DNA of 64,000 nt from Methanobacteriota archaeon (GTDB lineage: Archaea; Thermoplasmatota; Poseidoniia; Poseidoniales; Poseidoniaceae): assembly GCA_002726495.1 (NCBI GenBank), contig PBTH01000009.1, positions 1,302 through 65,301 on the forward strand, written 5' to 3'. The translations under genes were made by a program, and so were the position numbers. Below, piece after piece: positions 17,984-27,841 of this stretch. The notes below the pieces were generated by a model, which saw nothing but the letters and a program-made list of their open reading frames with translations, searched no databases and was not told the DNA's origin. Each line of letters opens with the position of its first letter. Positions within the stretch are counted from its first letter, which is position 1.

Positions 17984-18850
17984 TTATTCACCATAGACTC
18001 GTTGTGCAAGGTCTTGATGTGTGTTCCAAAGTACATCCTCAGGGAGGCCTGCATCAATGAGTTGTTGGGTCCTTCTTGGGACAGTTTTAGGCCCGAGTAC
18101 CGCGCCTGGCCGTCTTAAATCGTCCATGTAATCGGTCTCAAGAAAGAAACCATGGCTTGACTGTTTGAACGTTGACATCACCTTCTCAATTGCGCCCTTT
18201 CCAATGAGAACACTCGGAGTTAAACCATGGGTTGATTGAAGAGAAACATCCGGTGGCGCATAATGACGTACCAACTTTACGAGGTCCATACCTTGCTTTA
18301 TTGCACGCTGAGCTAAATCAGGATAAGTTTCCTCACTCTCACCCTCGACGTGCAATTGGAGTGGTAGGCCTTCCTGTGCTGCGAGGTGCATCGTCTCGTC
18401 CAGAAGTAAATTAGACAACTCCAAAACGCGTTCACTAACAGGCCAATGCGGCCTACCAACCTCACCGATGGCGTGGGCTTTACCTTCATTGATGAACTCA
18501 AGTGCTGCATCGATTGAATGCCTGTAATTGGTTGTGGCTCGCTCTTCTCCTGATTCCTCGTCCTCGCTCACCCATCGTTCAAACTGATGTGCAAAAGCTG
18601 CTGGATGAGGGCCAAGAACAACACGAACACCCAATCCGATCTCTTTGCGAACCTGTTCAGCCATCTCAACCGTCCCACTGTAAGCCGTACGATGGCCATC
18701 AAGTGTTTCAGGAGGTTTTGAGAAATCGGGACAGTGGACTAACACCACATCAGTCCCGCCAACACGTTGGAAATCACGAGCAGCATCAAGAAAACGTCCG
18801 TTCTTGTTGAGATGGAAATGATTGTCCAAAATCGGACCGTCATATGTCAT
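17984..18850 (-). CDS. TatD-related metal-dependent TIM-barrel hydrolase (archaeal COG1099-like)
   Basis: It has the N-terminal motif ILDNHFHL, an internal AIGEVGRPHW, then LQLHVEG and FLETDY. Confidence 0.55.
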   Translation of the reverse strand: MTYDGPILDNHFHLNKNGRFLDAARDFQRVGGTDVVLVHCPDFSKPPETLDGHRTAYSGTVEMAEQVRKEIGLGVRVVLGPHPAAFAHQFERWVSEDEESGEERATTNYRHSIDAALEFINEGKAHAIGEVGRPHWPVSERVLELSNLLLDETMHLAAQEGLPLQLHVEGESEETYPDLAQRAIKQGMDLVKLVRHYAPPDVSLQSTHGLTPSVLIGKGAIEKVMSTFKQSSHGFFLETDYMDDLRRPGAVLGPKTVPRRTQQLIDAGLPEDVLWNTHQDLAQRVYGE

Positions 18851-18859
18851 AGCGTCACC

Positions 18860-19402
18860 TCAAATTTGATCAACGAAATAGCCATGCTCAGTGAACAGGT
18901 TTTTCCAATAAACTGCAGCCATAGCAACCATGTTTGGATGGCGTGCATCCGTCACAATACACTTCCCATTAGGCCAAATTTGAACGGTTAGACTATGGCG
19001 AGTATCAGAAAGAATGGTGCATCCGAGTCTTTGGTCATACTCAGTAGTGCCCGATGGGAACGAACCTGCAATGGCCTGCAGGTTGATGGATTGTTCATAT
19101 TTGAATGAGGTTACGACTGGGCCGAGTTCAGCAACGAGGCCTGCATCGTCCATTCCCAAGCGAAGAAGCAATTCTTTCGCAGCGGCTCGGGCCGCCTCAA
19201 CGCGATGGGTCCCGTGAACGACGATTCTTCCTTCTTCGTCAATTACAAGCGTGGCACGAGGGCGGTCCAAGACTTTGATGACCACTCCACTGTTACGTTG
19301 ACCACCAACGATATCCACCACTTTTTGTTGGTCGAGAGGAACTGGACAAACAAAACGGACGAGTTGATTTTCAACACGAACATCTACTGAACCGGTGGCC
19401 AT
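18860..19402 (-). CDS. Divergent TBP-fold (two-repeat) protein
   Basis: Both halves align by eye to archaeal TBP. VRVENQLVRFVCPVPLDQQKVV...PRATLVIDEEGRIVVHGTHRVEAARAAAKELLLRLG aligns with the first repeat. VVTSFKYEQSINLQAIAG...SLTVQIWPNGKCIVTDARHPNMVAMAAVYWKNLFTEHG aligns with the second. Confidence 0.5.
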   Translation of the reverse strand: MATGSVDVRVENQLVRFVCPVPLDQQKVVDIVGGQRNSGVVIKVLDRPRATLVIDEEGRIVVHGTHRVEAARAAAKELLLRLGMDDAGLVAELGPVVTSFKYEQSINLQAIAGSFPSGTTEYDQRLGCTILSDTRHSLTVQIWPNGKCIVTDARHPNMVAMAAVYWKNLFTEHGYFVDQI

Positions 19403-19403
19403 G

Positions 19404-20237
19404 TCATTCCTCCTCCGATTTACCGCTAGGGGTCACTGTTGATGAAATCTCCTCTGGTTCAGGAAGACGTTCAAGCGCTTCCATGACAAGCGGTCGTTGC
19501 GGCATGTGTGCAACAACAAGAAGAGTTGCGTCTTCGCCATGTCGTTCCCGAAGAGATGCCAGAGCGCCTCTGATTCTCTTTGCAAGCCGTACATCTCTCC
19601 TCAGATTCAATTCGGGTGTACTCAACCACTCTGCAAGTTCCCACCACGCCGACGCAAGGACACTTACGGAGGAAAGGTTGTTTGGTTGTCCTTTTGGAGG
19701 CTGCTGGGCTAAGAAGAGGTTTGATTTTACCGAGCGCTTCCATCGTTTTCCACTTCGTACCATTCCCAATAATTTCCTCCAATGGGACACGGCCTTGGCT
19801 TGCTCGGTGAGATAATCACTCCAGTCTTCATCATCAGCAAGAGGCTCAATGAAGAAAACTTCGCGTTCATGACGGACTGCGTTTCGTTGCAGACGACGTG
19901 GTTCGGGGTCAGGGAAACGACCGCCTTGAATGTCCTCTAACGACTCAATGCCTTCAAGATATTTTGCAAAAGCACCACCCGAAATAAGACCATGCGCCAT
20001 GTTTACTCCGTAGGATTCGGCTTCGTCTTTTTCTTCTTGGATCCAAAGGTCAACCACATCTGGAGAATCAAGAATTGCAAGGCCGTGCCAAACACCTCGC
20101 GGGCGCATGGCATTGGGAAAAACCACCGTCGGAAGCGTTCCGTGAATCACGACAGTGCCCCCATCGGGGTCAGTCCAGACCTCATCGGCCCAGGTGTGCT
20201 GGGATGACATGGATGGCCTCACTGATTGTTGAGCCAA
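19404..20237 (-). CDS. Hypothetical protein
   Basis: 277-aa ORF with a 1-nt gap to the TBP-like gene. It overlaps the 3' end of the giant upstream gene by 19 nt. I recognised no family. Confidence 0.5.
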   Translation of the reverse strand: MAQQSVRPSMSSQHTWADEVWTDPDGGTVVIHGTLPTVVFPNAMRPRGVWHGLAILDSPDVVDLWIQEEKDEAESYGVNMAHGLISGGAFAKYLEGIESLEDIQGGRFPDPEPRRLQRNAVRHEREVFFIEPLADDEDWSDYLTEQAKAVSHWRKLLGMVRSGKRWKRSVKSNLFLAQQPPKGQPNNLSSVSVLASAWWELAEWLSTPELNLRRDVRLAKRIRGALASLRERHGEDATLLVVAHMPQRPLVMEALERLPEPEEISSTVTPSGKSEEE

Positions 20238-23200
20238 TCATGCAACGATTCAATATCCCATCCCTGGTCAAAGTAACCCTGAATTTCAGCTTGTGTCCAC
20301 TGTGGGAATTCCTTCATGGCCTCTGCCATCATCGGGCTAACATCTGCCGGAATCTCAGCGAGGACCTTGTCTCCACCTGCTACACCATAATCATCGTCTT
20401 CGTATTCATCATCAAGCATTGATTCTCCGCCACCTCGGCGAGCAAGAACAACGACCAATGTACCTAGGACGCCAATGACTACCACCAAGAGGACAACGAT
20501 GAGAAGGAAGTTTGTTGAGTTGTCTTCTTCGGCGACTTTAACATTGAAAGCATCACCCCATTCTGCATCATTACCATCGTAAAGTGGGTCATTTGTAGTT
20601 CCATTCTCCGAGATAATGTAGTACATTCCAGTTGTTACCTCACCGAAGGGTTCCAGTTTCAACTCAAACCAACGCTTTTCGCCAATCTCAAGTTCAGTGA
20701 CCACGACGATTCCTTCTTGAGTTGGTGTCATTCCATTGATGACCGAATTGACAATGAGTTCAGTGGAACCAGCCATGGTACCAGTATTTCGCACCTCAAC
20801 CTCAATCATCATTGAATCTCCAACTCGTGGGTTTTCATCCAAACGAACATTGAGAATCTCGAAACTCGGCTTTTCACTGATGAATGAATAGAGGGACTTG
20901 TGCTGAGCAATACTGGATACGATTGGGGATACCGAGCCATCATCTTGAGGGCCGCCTCCTAATTGAACTCCGACACCTGCTGAATCAACACCAGAAACCC
21001 ACATGACAATTTTGACGTTGGCCATTTCCCTCTCGTCGGGGTCAAATTTCAGTTCAGAGTCCGATATCTGATCTACGGGCCACAAATCAAGACATGATGA
21101 TGTCCCTACATACCCACCGGGGATTGTATCAAGTTCTAGGGGCATACTCATCGGCTCTGTTGTGCCAAAGGAATTGACATAAACACCCCATGGTAAATCG
21201 CTTTCTATGCTGTCATAGAATTTCCAATTTACCATCAAATCGCCGTAAAACATGGCTTCTTTCTCGGCTATCGTTACAGAAACATCAACACAGTGGTAGG
21301 TTGCTGTTGACAAGAAATCGCTGAGAATCTCCTTGGTAGCTCCCTTTTTGGCTACCCATGAATTTGTTTGCACCGTTGGTGCATTTCTGTCAACCTTGAT
21401 GTCAAAGGTACCGCAGCCATACACTGTTGAGCCATCACAGAAACCTAGAGTGGTGTCGGTCGCCCCACTTGGCAGGTTGACGAGTTTGAATTCATAGGTG
21501 TATTCGTTGGTGAAAACAGGTGCTTTTATGTCAATTTCAAAGATTCCCCCAGAGAAATTGTGATAGGTTGTTTCCCCAACTTGTTCAATGTACCCTTTCG
21601 CACCATTTTCTTCGGCATCCAAACGAGTGATTTCCATCGTAAGTTGGGTTTCTGGATTCACTAAGACCCCGTTGTTAAGCCCATCAAGATAGGCATATTG
21701 ACCTGTGAATTTGACGGTGTCTCCGGAGTAGATGAAACCTTGACGGACATCTTGCGTGTAGGGGGCATTCATATCTTCAAAGTACGGAGTGATCATCAAA
21801 TCATTGACAGGGTCGTTGCGAACATCGAGTTGAATTCCATCGCTGTAATACCACTTCTGAATGTAACGTCCAGGAGAGGGCAGCATACGGTAAAGAGGAT
21901 TGTCCAAATCTTGCATGAACAACTCGGGAGTGCTTTCTGCAGTGAGACCAACAACACCCCAATTAATCCTAACTGGGAGGTCCAACATAAAGTCGGATTC
22001 AAACGGATCAATGAGAGCGGTTCCATCCATGGCACGAAGGGTCGGCCCATCATTGTCATCGTCTTCTTGCACGATTTCGATGTGGGGGCTGTCCGTCCAT
22101 GCAGTGTCATTACGTGGGAAGTACCACAATGTCGTCAAGTCTGCCATTCCTGTAGATTTATCTAAAACGATCTTGAAATGGTCCACATCTCTCCAACCGT
22201 TGTCGTCGTTTGCTTCTGCAACGAGATGGTATGTATTTCCAGCATACATGGTTTGATTCCATACACCTCCGTCAATAAGACTCCATTGAGCAGAATTGAG
22301 CAAGCGGCTTCCTTGTGAATCCTCTATGAAGAAATTACGAATGACTGGGCTTTCCGATGACATGGACACATAGGTGACCTTGTCGTTCTCAAAGCCCGGT
22401 GCTCCACCGTCAATTGGATTGCCTGCAAGGTCGTAGCCTTCAATCCAAAGGGATACCTTTCCGGAAGGGTCTTGGCCGACGTTAGCATAATCGTTGTACA
22501 CGCCACTGTAATTTGCAGTAGGTGCTTCCCCATCGCTCTGGAGCGTGATGGTTGCATACTCTGAAGCATCAGGGACACCGTCACCGTTTGCATCGTGGTC
22601 GTATTGAACCCAGTAATGCAGGTCAAGTGATGCTGGCGGATTAGGCAAATCCTGGCTGCTCATACGAATATCTTGCGACTCTTGGGGTACAACCCATGTG
22701 TCATCAAGCAAGATGCGCCAATCATCATCAGTGCCCGGATTCAAGACTTCAATGTCAAGCAAATTCGGTTCATATGTATCAATGGAGATATCAAATGGAA
22801 TAGCACATGTTTCATCCGGATTGTAGGCGGTTGGAGGGCAGAGAATATCTCCACCACCGTATCCTCGCAAAGCGAAACGGTATGTTTCACTACCTGCGGC
22901 AGAACCGAGGTCTACATTCCAGTTGAAGTCGCCACCAATGGTTCCAGAACGATTGGCTACCTCTTCCCATTCAACGGTAATGTTCCCGTCAGTATTGTTG
23001 ACATGCTTCAGTTCGAGAACCAGGAAATAGGCTGCTGGGTCTGGCGAAATTGAGAGGTTTTCAAGACGAACTTGGCCGACAAGGTTGATGTCTTGGCCTG
23101 ATTCAGCATTGGTCAAAGATTGCGCAACACCGATACTGTTCTGCAACTCAAACACTGTGATTCCTGCGTCATTTTCTACAGCATTTCCTACACTTGGATC

Positions 23201-26071
23201 AAACAACAAGGCGTCCGGAAGGCCGTTGACATTGCTTGCAGTCGTGAGACCTGCATACATCCTCACGGCTTCTGTGTCATCCCAGTTGGCGTTGACACGG
23301 AAGTGCCAAGTGATTTGTTGGCCGTTGGTAATCGAGGAGTTTGAGGATGTTGACTCAAGGGTGATGAGATTGTTTTCATCGCTGGCTTCAGCGAATTGCA
23401 AGAAGTCAGACCATGAGATCTTGATGTAATCGGTTGGAGTTTCAAATGTAACCCAAGCCTCAGACAATGCGGTTCCCGTTAGAGGATCTACGGTGTGAGT
23501 CGTTATGACTTCGTAAATTTGCCCGTTTGGATAAAGACCAACAGGGTTCCCTGTTACTGAAAGTGTATTGGAGTAGCCAGTGCTTGAAGAAACGGAAAGT
23601 GAACTGAATTTTACGCCGCCACCGGTATCTGAATGAACGGCGATTGGAACGCGCGCATTTGCGCCTCCACCAGTCCAAAGGGCAACACCTTGGTTTAGCT
23701 CAATATCAAATCCATCAAGGGTGTTGATGGTCGTTGAATAGTTGTAAACAATATCCAATCCTAAAGCCGTGAGTGAGGTTCCAGATGACGCATTGGGTGA
23801 ATCAACTGCAAATCTAAAAGTAACCCAGTAACGGCCGAATTCATCTTCGTGGCTTCCTGCAACGGATGGATTGGAGAGCAAACTGTTCAAAGCCTCTTTC
23901 AGTTGAAGCGGGGGATTGAGTGCTTCGGTTGTGATGATGGTGTTGTTAGGCATGGCTCCAATATCAAACGATTGTGAACCAGCCATGAGTGAAAGGTCGA
24001 ATCCTTCGTTTGCATCTGATGTTGAATGAATGGTGACATCATCAAACGATACATCGGCAGATGATACTTCGGCGCCCAGTGGTAACATGAAGAAGCCACC
24101 TTCTGCTTGACCGTTGACATTCAATGTCATGGATGCATCATCTGTACCATAGTTGACACCGTCAACCTTGTTCAATATGAAATTGGTTTGGCGCCCAAAC
24201 ATTCCAAACGCCGGTTCAGTAAATCCGTAATCAACATCTCCATCGTTGGCGACATCAATTCTTAGATGTTCAGCATGATGGCCAAACTCTAAGTCAAACC
24301 ATATGCCTCCAACATTGCAGAAGCCGAGGTAGGAAACGATGGATGTAAAGCCGAAAAGAGGGGCTTCAAAGGATGTCTTAACCCCATTTGTCAGATTGAC
24401 CGGGTCAGTGAATCCAATCGGGATGATACTAACGGATGGATCTTCAGCACAGTCGTCTTGTATGTACGGTTTAACTGAAGTGATCGGATAACTGAATTTA
24501 CTTCGTTCAAAGGTTGTTGAAAAGCCTTCTTGAACAAGTTCTGGAGTATACATCATCGGCATCCCCCCTCCCATGGACGACCATATTCCGTTTGAGATAG
24601 AAGACAGCCCTGAATCCGTGACATTGAATCCGGTCCCTACTCTTGTCCCCATGCTAAATCCGTACATGACTGCGGTGGAGAGGCGGTCTGGCCCCGAATC
24701 GAAATTGAATCTTAGATTGATTGAGTAGTATCTTTCAGTGTCAATATCCCAGAGTTCAATAATATCTCCTTGAAGTCCAGTCATTGGAACTCCACTGGTA
24801 TCTTCAATGACTCGATTGTTGGAGTCAAGTACGTCAACCGACAGTTGGGCAGTGATCGAAGTGGTTGCCTCAATGCTGAGCAAACCGTAGCCATTGGGAT
24901 GATTGTCTCCCCCAAATACGGAAGGAGTCATGCCTCTGACGGTCATGCTGGCATTCTGTGGAAGGACATCTCCAAGTCGGAAGTTGTCAATGTGCCATCC
25001 CGACATGTTGTCATCAAGTTGGACAATGTTCTGGATCCCATTGTGTTCAAGGACGAAACGAATTTGGACATAATCGCCAATGAAAAAGTTGAGGTCAACG
25101 GCAATGCTTGCCCATCCGGATGGGTTCTGAGCAGATGTTGAACTTCCCGCAAGCCCGTAATTCTTGGGCGCACCTCCACCAGTGTTGAGGCCCGCACATC
25201 CTGTACTAATTTTGTTATCAAGTTGCCAACCATCCGCTCGCTGGGCATAGCCTTGTCCGAAACCAATTCCGGTACTGTTGCCGATATCAATAGGCAAAAA
25301 TTGGAAACCTGAGTCGTCGGGAGGGAAGCCGGGATTTGGAGAACTGCGAATCTCCATGTAAGCACAGTCTGCGTAACGAATGGAGTTTTGCGCGCCACCT
25401 GCGTATGCTTCAAGGTTATGCCACGAATCGAATGTTGCTGTTTTGCTCTTGAGTGTAGGGTCAACATAGAGTTCTGGAGACCTCAAGTACAATTCATACG
25501 GAAGTTCACCGTTATCATCGGTATAGTTGTCGTCTCCGAGATTTGTACCCCAGCAGTCCTTGCCGGATGCGCAATTAGATGGAACGTTCGTTGATGAAGG
25601 AGAGCCATGAACCCAGCCCTGTCCGCTGGTAGGGGGGGCAGAAAAATCCATGAATCCGGCAGTAGTACCCTCAAAATCGGTCAAGAATCCCTCGGATTTC
25701 AATGAAAGGGGAGTGGAATCCCCGGAACTGTCTTCGTATTGAAACATGGTTTCGTCAGAGAATTCTGTGAGCATGTTGTTTTCATTTGGGTTCCAAACAT
25801 CATCCATTGTGTCGAGGTCAATCCGTGAATGAGCACCATGTTTGACCATGTCGGTTGAGATGGTCATCGTTGCTCCGGTCACGGTTTCTCCGACAGGCAA
25901 ATCAATTGCGCCATCGTTGAGATTGATCATGGTTGACCCGTCCCGAATCTCAATCTCTACCACTGAATTACCGTCGGCAAAGGTTGAGACGCTTGCTCCG
26001 GCAAAGGGAGCAAGGAGCATCAAGAAAACCAGGAAGAGTGGGGTGCTTTTACGGCGTGTTTCATTTGACAT
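20219..26071 (-). CDS. Giant (1,950 aa) secreted, C-terminally TM-anchored surface protein, orphan
   Basis: It has the signal peptide STPLFLVFLMLLAPFAGASV and a long Thr/Ser/Asn/Gly-rich ectodomain. The C-terminal helix is NFLLIVVLLVVVIGVLGTLVVVLA, followed by a ~75-aa acidic tail. Confidence 0.7.
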   Translation of the reverse strand: MSNETRRKSTPLFLVFLMLLAPFAGASVSTFADGNSVVEIEIRDGSTMINLNDGAIDLPVGETVTGATMTISTDMVKHGAHSRIDLDTMDDVWNPNENNMLTEFSDETMFQYEDSSGDSTPLSLKSEGFLTDFEGTTAGFMDFSAPPTSGQGWVHGSPSSTNVPSNCASGKDCWGTNLGDDNYTDDNGELPYELYLRSPELYVDPTLKSKTATFDSWHNLEAYAGGAQNSIRYADCAYMEIRSSPNPGFPPDDSGFQFLPIDIGNSTGIGFGQGYAQRADGWQLDNKISTGCAGLNTGGGAPKNYGLAGSSTSAQNPSGWASIAVDLNFFIGDYVQIRFVLEHNGIQNIVQLDDNMSGWHIDNFRLGDVLPQNASMTVRGMTPSVFGGDNHPNGYGLLSIEATTSITAQLSVDVLDSNNRVIEDTSGVPMTGLQGDIIELWDIDTERYYSINLRFNFDSGPDRLSTAVMYGFSMGTRVGTGFNVTDSGLSSISNGIWSSMGGGMPMMYTPELVQEGFSTTFERSKFSYPITSVKPYIQDDCAEDPSVSIIPIGFTDPVNLTNGVKTSFEAPLFGFTSIVSYLGFCNVGGIWFDLEFGHHAEHLRIDVANDGDVDYGFTEPAFGMFGRQTNFILNKVDGVNYGTDDASMTLNVNGQAEGGFFMLPLGAEVSSADVSFDDVTIHSTSDANEGFDLSLMAGSQSFDIGAMPNNTIITTEALNPPLQLKEALNSLLSNPSVAGSHEDEFGRYWVTFRFAVDSPNASSGTSLTALGLDIVYNYSTTINTLDGFDIELNQGVALWTGGGANARVPIAVHSDTGGGVKFSSLSVSSSTGYSNTLSVTGNPVGLYPNGQIYEVITTHTVDPLTGTALSEAWVTFETPTDYIKISWSDFLQFAEASDENNLITLESTSSNSSITNGQQITWHFRVNANWDDTEAVRMYAGLTTASNVNGLPDALLFDPSVGNAVENDAGITVFELQNSIGVAQSLTNAESGQDINLVGQVRLENLSISPDPAAYFLVLELKHVNNTDGNITVEWEEVANRSGTIGGDFNWNVDLGSAAGSETYRFALRGYGGGDILCPPTAYNPDETCAIPFDISIDTYEPNLLDIEVLNPGTDDDWRILLDDTWVVPQESQDIRMSSQDLPNPPASLDLHYWVQYDHDANGDGVPDASEYATITLQSDGEAPTANYSGVYNDYANVGQDPSGKVSLWIEGYDLAGNPIDGGAPGFENDKVTYVSMSSESPVIRNFFIEDSQGSRLLNSAQWSLIDGGVWNQTMYAGNTYHLVAEANDDNGWRDVDHFKIVLDKSTGMADLTTLWYFPRNDTAWTDSPHIEIVQEDDDNDGPTLRAMDGTALIDPFESDFMLDLPVRINWGVVGLTAESTPELFMQDLDNPLYRMLPSPGRYIQKWYYSDGIQLDVRNDPVNDLMITPYFEDMNAPYTQDVRQGFIYSGDTVKFTGQYAYLDGLNNGVLVNPETQLTMEITRLDAEENGAKGYIEQVGETTYHNFSGGIFEIDIKAPVFTNEYTYEFKLVNLPSGATDTTLGFCDGSTVYGCGTFDIKVDRNAPTVQTNSWVAKKGATKEILSDFLSTATYHCVDVSVTIAEKEAMFYGDLMVNWKFYDSIESDLPWGVYVNSFGTTEPMSMPLELDTIPGGYVGTSSCLDLWPVDQISDSELKFDPDEREMANVKIVMWVSGVDSAGVGVQLGGGPQDDGSVSPIVSSIAQHKSLYSFISEKPSFEILNVRLDENPRVGDSMMIEVEVRNTGTMAGSTELIVNSVINGMTPTQEGIVVVTELEIGEKRWFELKLEPFGEVTTGMYYIISENGTTNDPLYDGNDAEWGDAFNVKVAEEDNSTNFLLIVVLLVVVIGVLGTLVVVLARRGGGESMLDDEYEDDDYGVAGGDKVLAEIPADVSPMMAEAMKEFPQWTQAEIQGYFDQGWDIESLHDWLNNQ

Positions 26072-26173
26072 GGTGTCACCTATGCACCTTCGGATGATTC
26101 CTCTACCTAAAACCTCGTCGCTCTCTTGTCTTTGTAACTTAAGAAAGAACGATTTTTGTCCTCCCAGTTGAAG

Positions 26174-26677
26174 ATGAGTTATGAGGGAGAACGAAGTGGG
26201 CGATTTATGGACCCATATTCTACCGAACCGGTTACCCTCATTGAAGAGGTATTCCCCCAGGATACGAATGCCTATGACACGCTCTTTGGAGGGCGCCTCC
26301 TTTCACTCATGGACAAGGCAGGAGGTATCGCGTGTGCTAAATTCGCTCACAGGGAATTTGTCACAATTTCAATCGATACGCTTACCTTCATTGCACCGGC
26401 TCGCCAAGGTGACCTTCTAGAAGTTACAGGAGAAGTCGTGTTTACAAGTAGCCATACTGCCTGTACAAAAGTCACCGCCTACACGATGAGTAAGGCCACT
26501 TGGGAAAAGAAAATTATTTGCGAAGGATACTTTTTCTTCGTCGCCATTGATTCAATGATGCGGCCAATTCCAATCCCTCAATATGAGCCCAAAACCGATG
26601 AAGAGAAGGACGAATGGGGCAAAGCAAAGGCGATTCGGGAAAATATGCTAGCCCAAAAGGCCAAGCGCTCCTCTTGA
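26174..26677 (+). CDS. Acyl-CoA thioesterase (hot-dog fold, YciA/ACOT-like)
   Basis: It carries VFPQDTNAYDTLFGGRLLSLMDKAGGIACAKFAHREFVTISIDTLTFIAPARQGDLLEV. The start is set at the first ATG. The track begins at TTG 26156. Confidence 0.7.
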   Translation: MSYEGERSGRFMDPYSTEPVTLIEEVFPQDTNAYDTLFGGRLLSLMDKAGGIACAKFAHREFVTISIDTLTFIAPARQGDLLEVTGEVVFTSSHTACTKVTAYTMSKATWEKKIICEGYFFFVAIDSMMRPIPIPQYEPKTDEEKDEWGKAKAIRENMLAQKAKRSS

Positions 26678-26718
26678 TTCACCCCCATCTTCTTGAAGAG
26701 GGCACAGTTGGGCGATGC

Positions 26719-27741
26719 ATGGTCGTGCTCAATATTGCCATGATTGGCTCTGATGAACTTGCAAAAAGCATCGCAAAAGCAGCCGACCAAAGAGACGTGC
26801 ACACCTACGTTCACAAAGAAATGGACGAAGAAGGAGCTCGTATCCTTTCCCTTATTCGTCCTGCAAAATACCCTGAGCGTCTCCCGCCGTTCCTCAATGC
26901 CTTATCGACAGCTCAAGTCGGCATTCTTGAAGTTACAGAAGTAAACGCTGCACTTGGTGAGGCCTTGGTGGCCTTTGCAAGTGCGGGAATCACCAACGGA
27001 GTTGCAGTGTTAAATCCAACGGATGGCGCATGGATTGATCAGGACCAAGTCGCCATGCTCTTCAAACAAGCAGGATTAGCACAATGGACCTTTGAAGCAA
27101 ACGATGGCCCGCACCTTAGAGAATGTCTCTATGCTTTGATGGACCAGCGGAAACCGGAACTCATCAAAAACGCAGAAGCACCTCTTGTTCTTCCAGTTGA
27201 CCAATACTACAATGTCAAGGGAATCGGATTGGTAGCCATTGGATACGTTCAATCCGGAACCGTTCATGTCCATGATGAACTCCTTCTCCTCCCCGCCAAT
27301 GGGGCAGGCAGTGCAAAATCCCTGCAAGTCATGGATGATGATGTGTCCAGTGCATCAGCAGGTGACCGTGTTGGGCTTGCATTGCGAAATGCGAAGGAAG
27401 AGCATCTCACCGGAAGCACGCTAATCGTTCGCCCTGCAATCGAAGATAAACGGACAAACACCACGGTCCCTCTTGCGGTTGAACAACATGCGACTTCCGA
27501 AGTGAATCTTTCCACATCCCCCTTCCAAAAGAGAGCGCTGGCTGTGGGCGATGTCATCCATGCAAGTGTGGACCTGCAATTCGTTGTTGGCCGAATCACC
27601 TCTGTGGATGGGTCAAAACTCGAGGTTACATGGGAAAGCCCGTTGTTTATCCGAACTACAAACCCTCCTCAAGTGCTGATTGCGCAACTGGATTCAAAAC
27701 CGAGAATTATGGGTTCGGCAACGATTCAAAAACACGCTTAA
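26719..27741 (+). CDS. EF-Tu/SelB-like protein with degenerate G-domain motifs
   Basis: The domain II-like segment is PLVLPVDQYYNVKGIGLVAIGYVQSGTVHVHDELLLLP...AGDRVGLALRN. The N-terminal NIAMIGSDELAKS sits where NIG.IGHVDHGKT(T/S) is expected, and NPTD sits where NKxD is expected. The start is set at ATG 26719. Confidence 0.5.
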   Translation: MVVLNIAMIGSDELAKSIAKAADQRDVHTYVHKEMDEEGARILSLIRPAKYPERLPPFLNALSTAQVGILEVTEVNAALGEALVAFASAGITNGVAVLNPTDGAWIDQDQVAMLFKQAGLAQWTFEANDGPHLRECLYALMDQRKPELIKNAEAPLVLPVDQYYNVKGIGLVAIGYVQSGTVHVHDELLLLPANGAGSAKSLQVMDDDVSSASAGDRVGLALRNAKEEHLTGSTLIVRPAIEDKRTNTTVPLAVEQHATSEVNLSTSPFQKRALAVGDVIHASVDLQFVVGRITSVDGSKLEVTWESPLFIRTTNPPQVLIAQLDSKPRIMGSATIQKHA

Positions 27742-27841
27742 TCACTGCCTCGGCAAATGATTTTGGGTGCAAGATTCGCCACAGATTTCATCGCATGCTG
27801 CGGTGGATTGATAACCGCGCCCCGATGCTCCTCTAAGTGGG

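Noticed and set aside
20219-26071. Internal ORFs within the giant surface-protein gene, for example 21698..22165 +, 24943..25467 - and 22673..23053 +.
   Set aside because: They are shadow ORFs of a single uninterrupted 1,950-aa frame that has a bona fide signal peptide and TM anchor.
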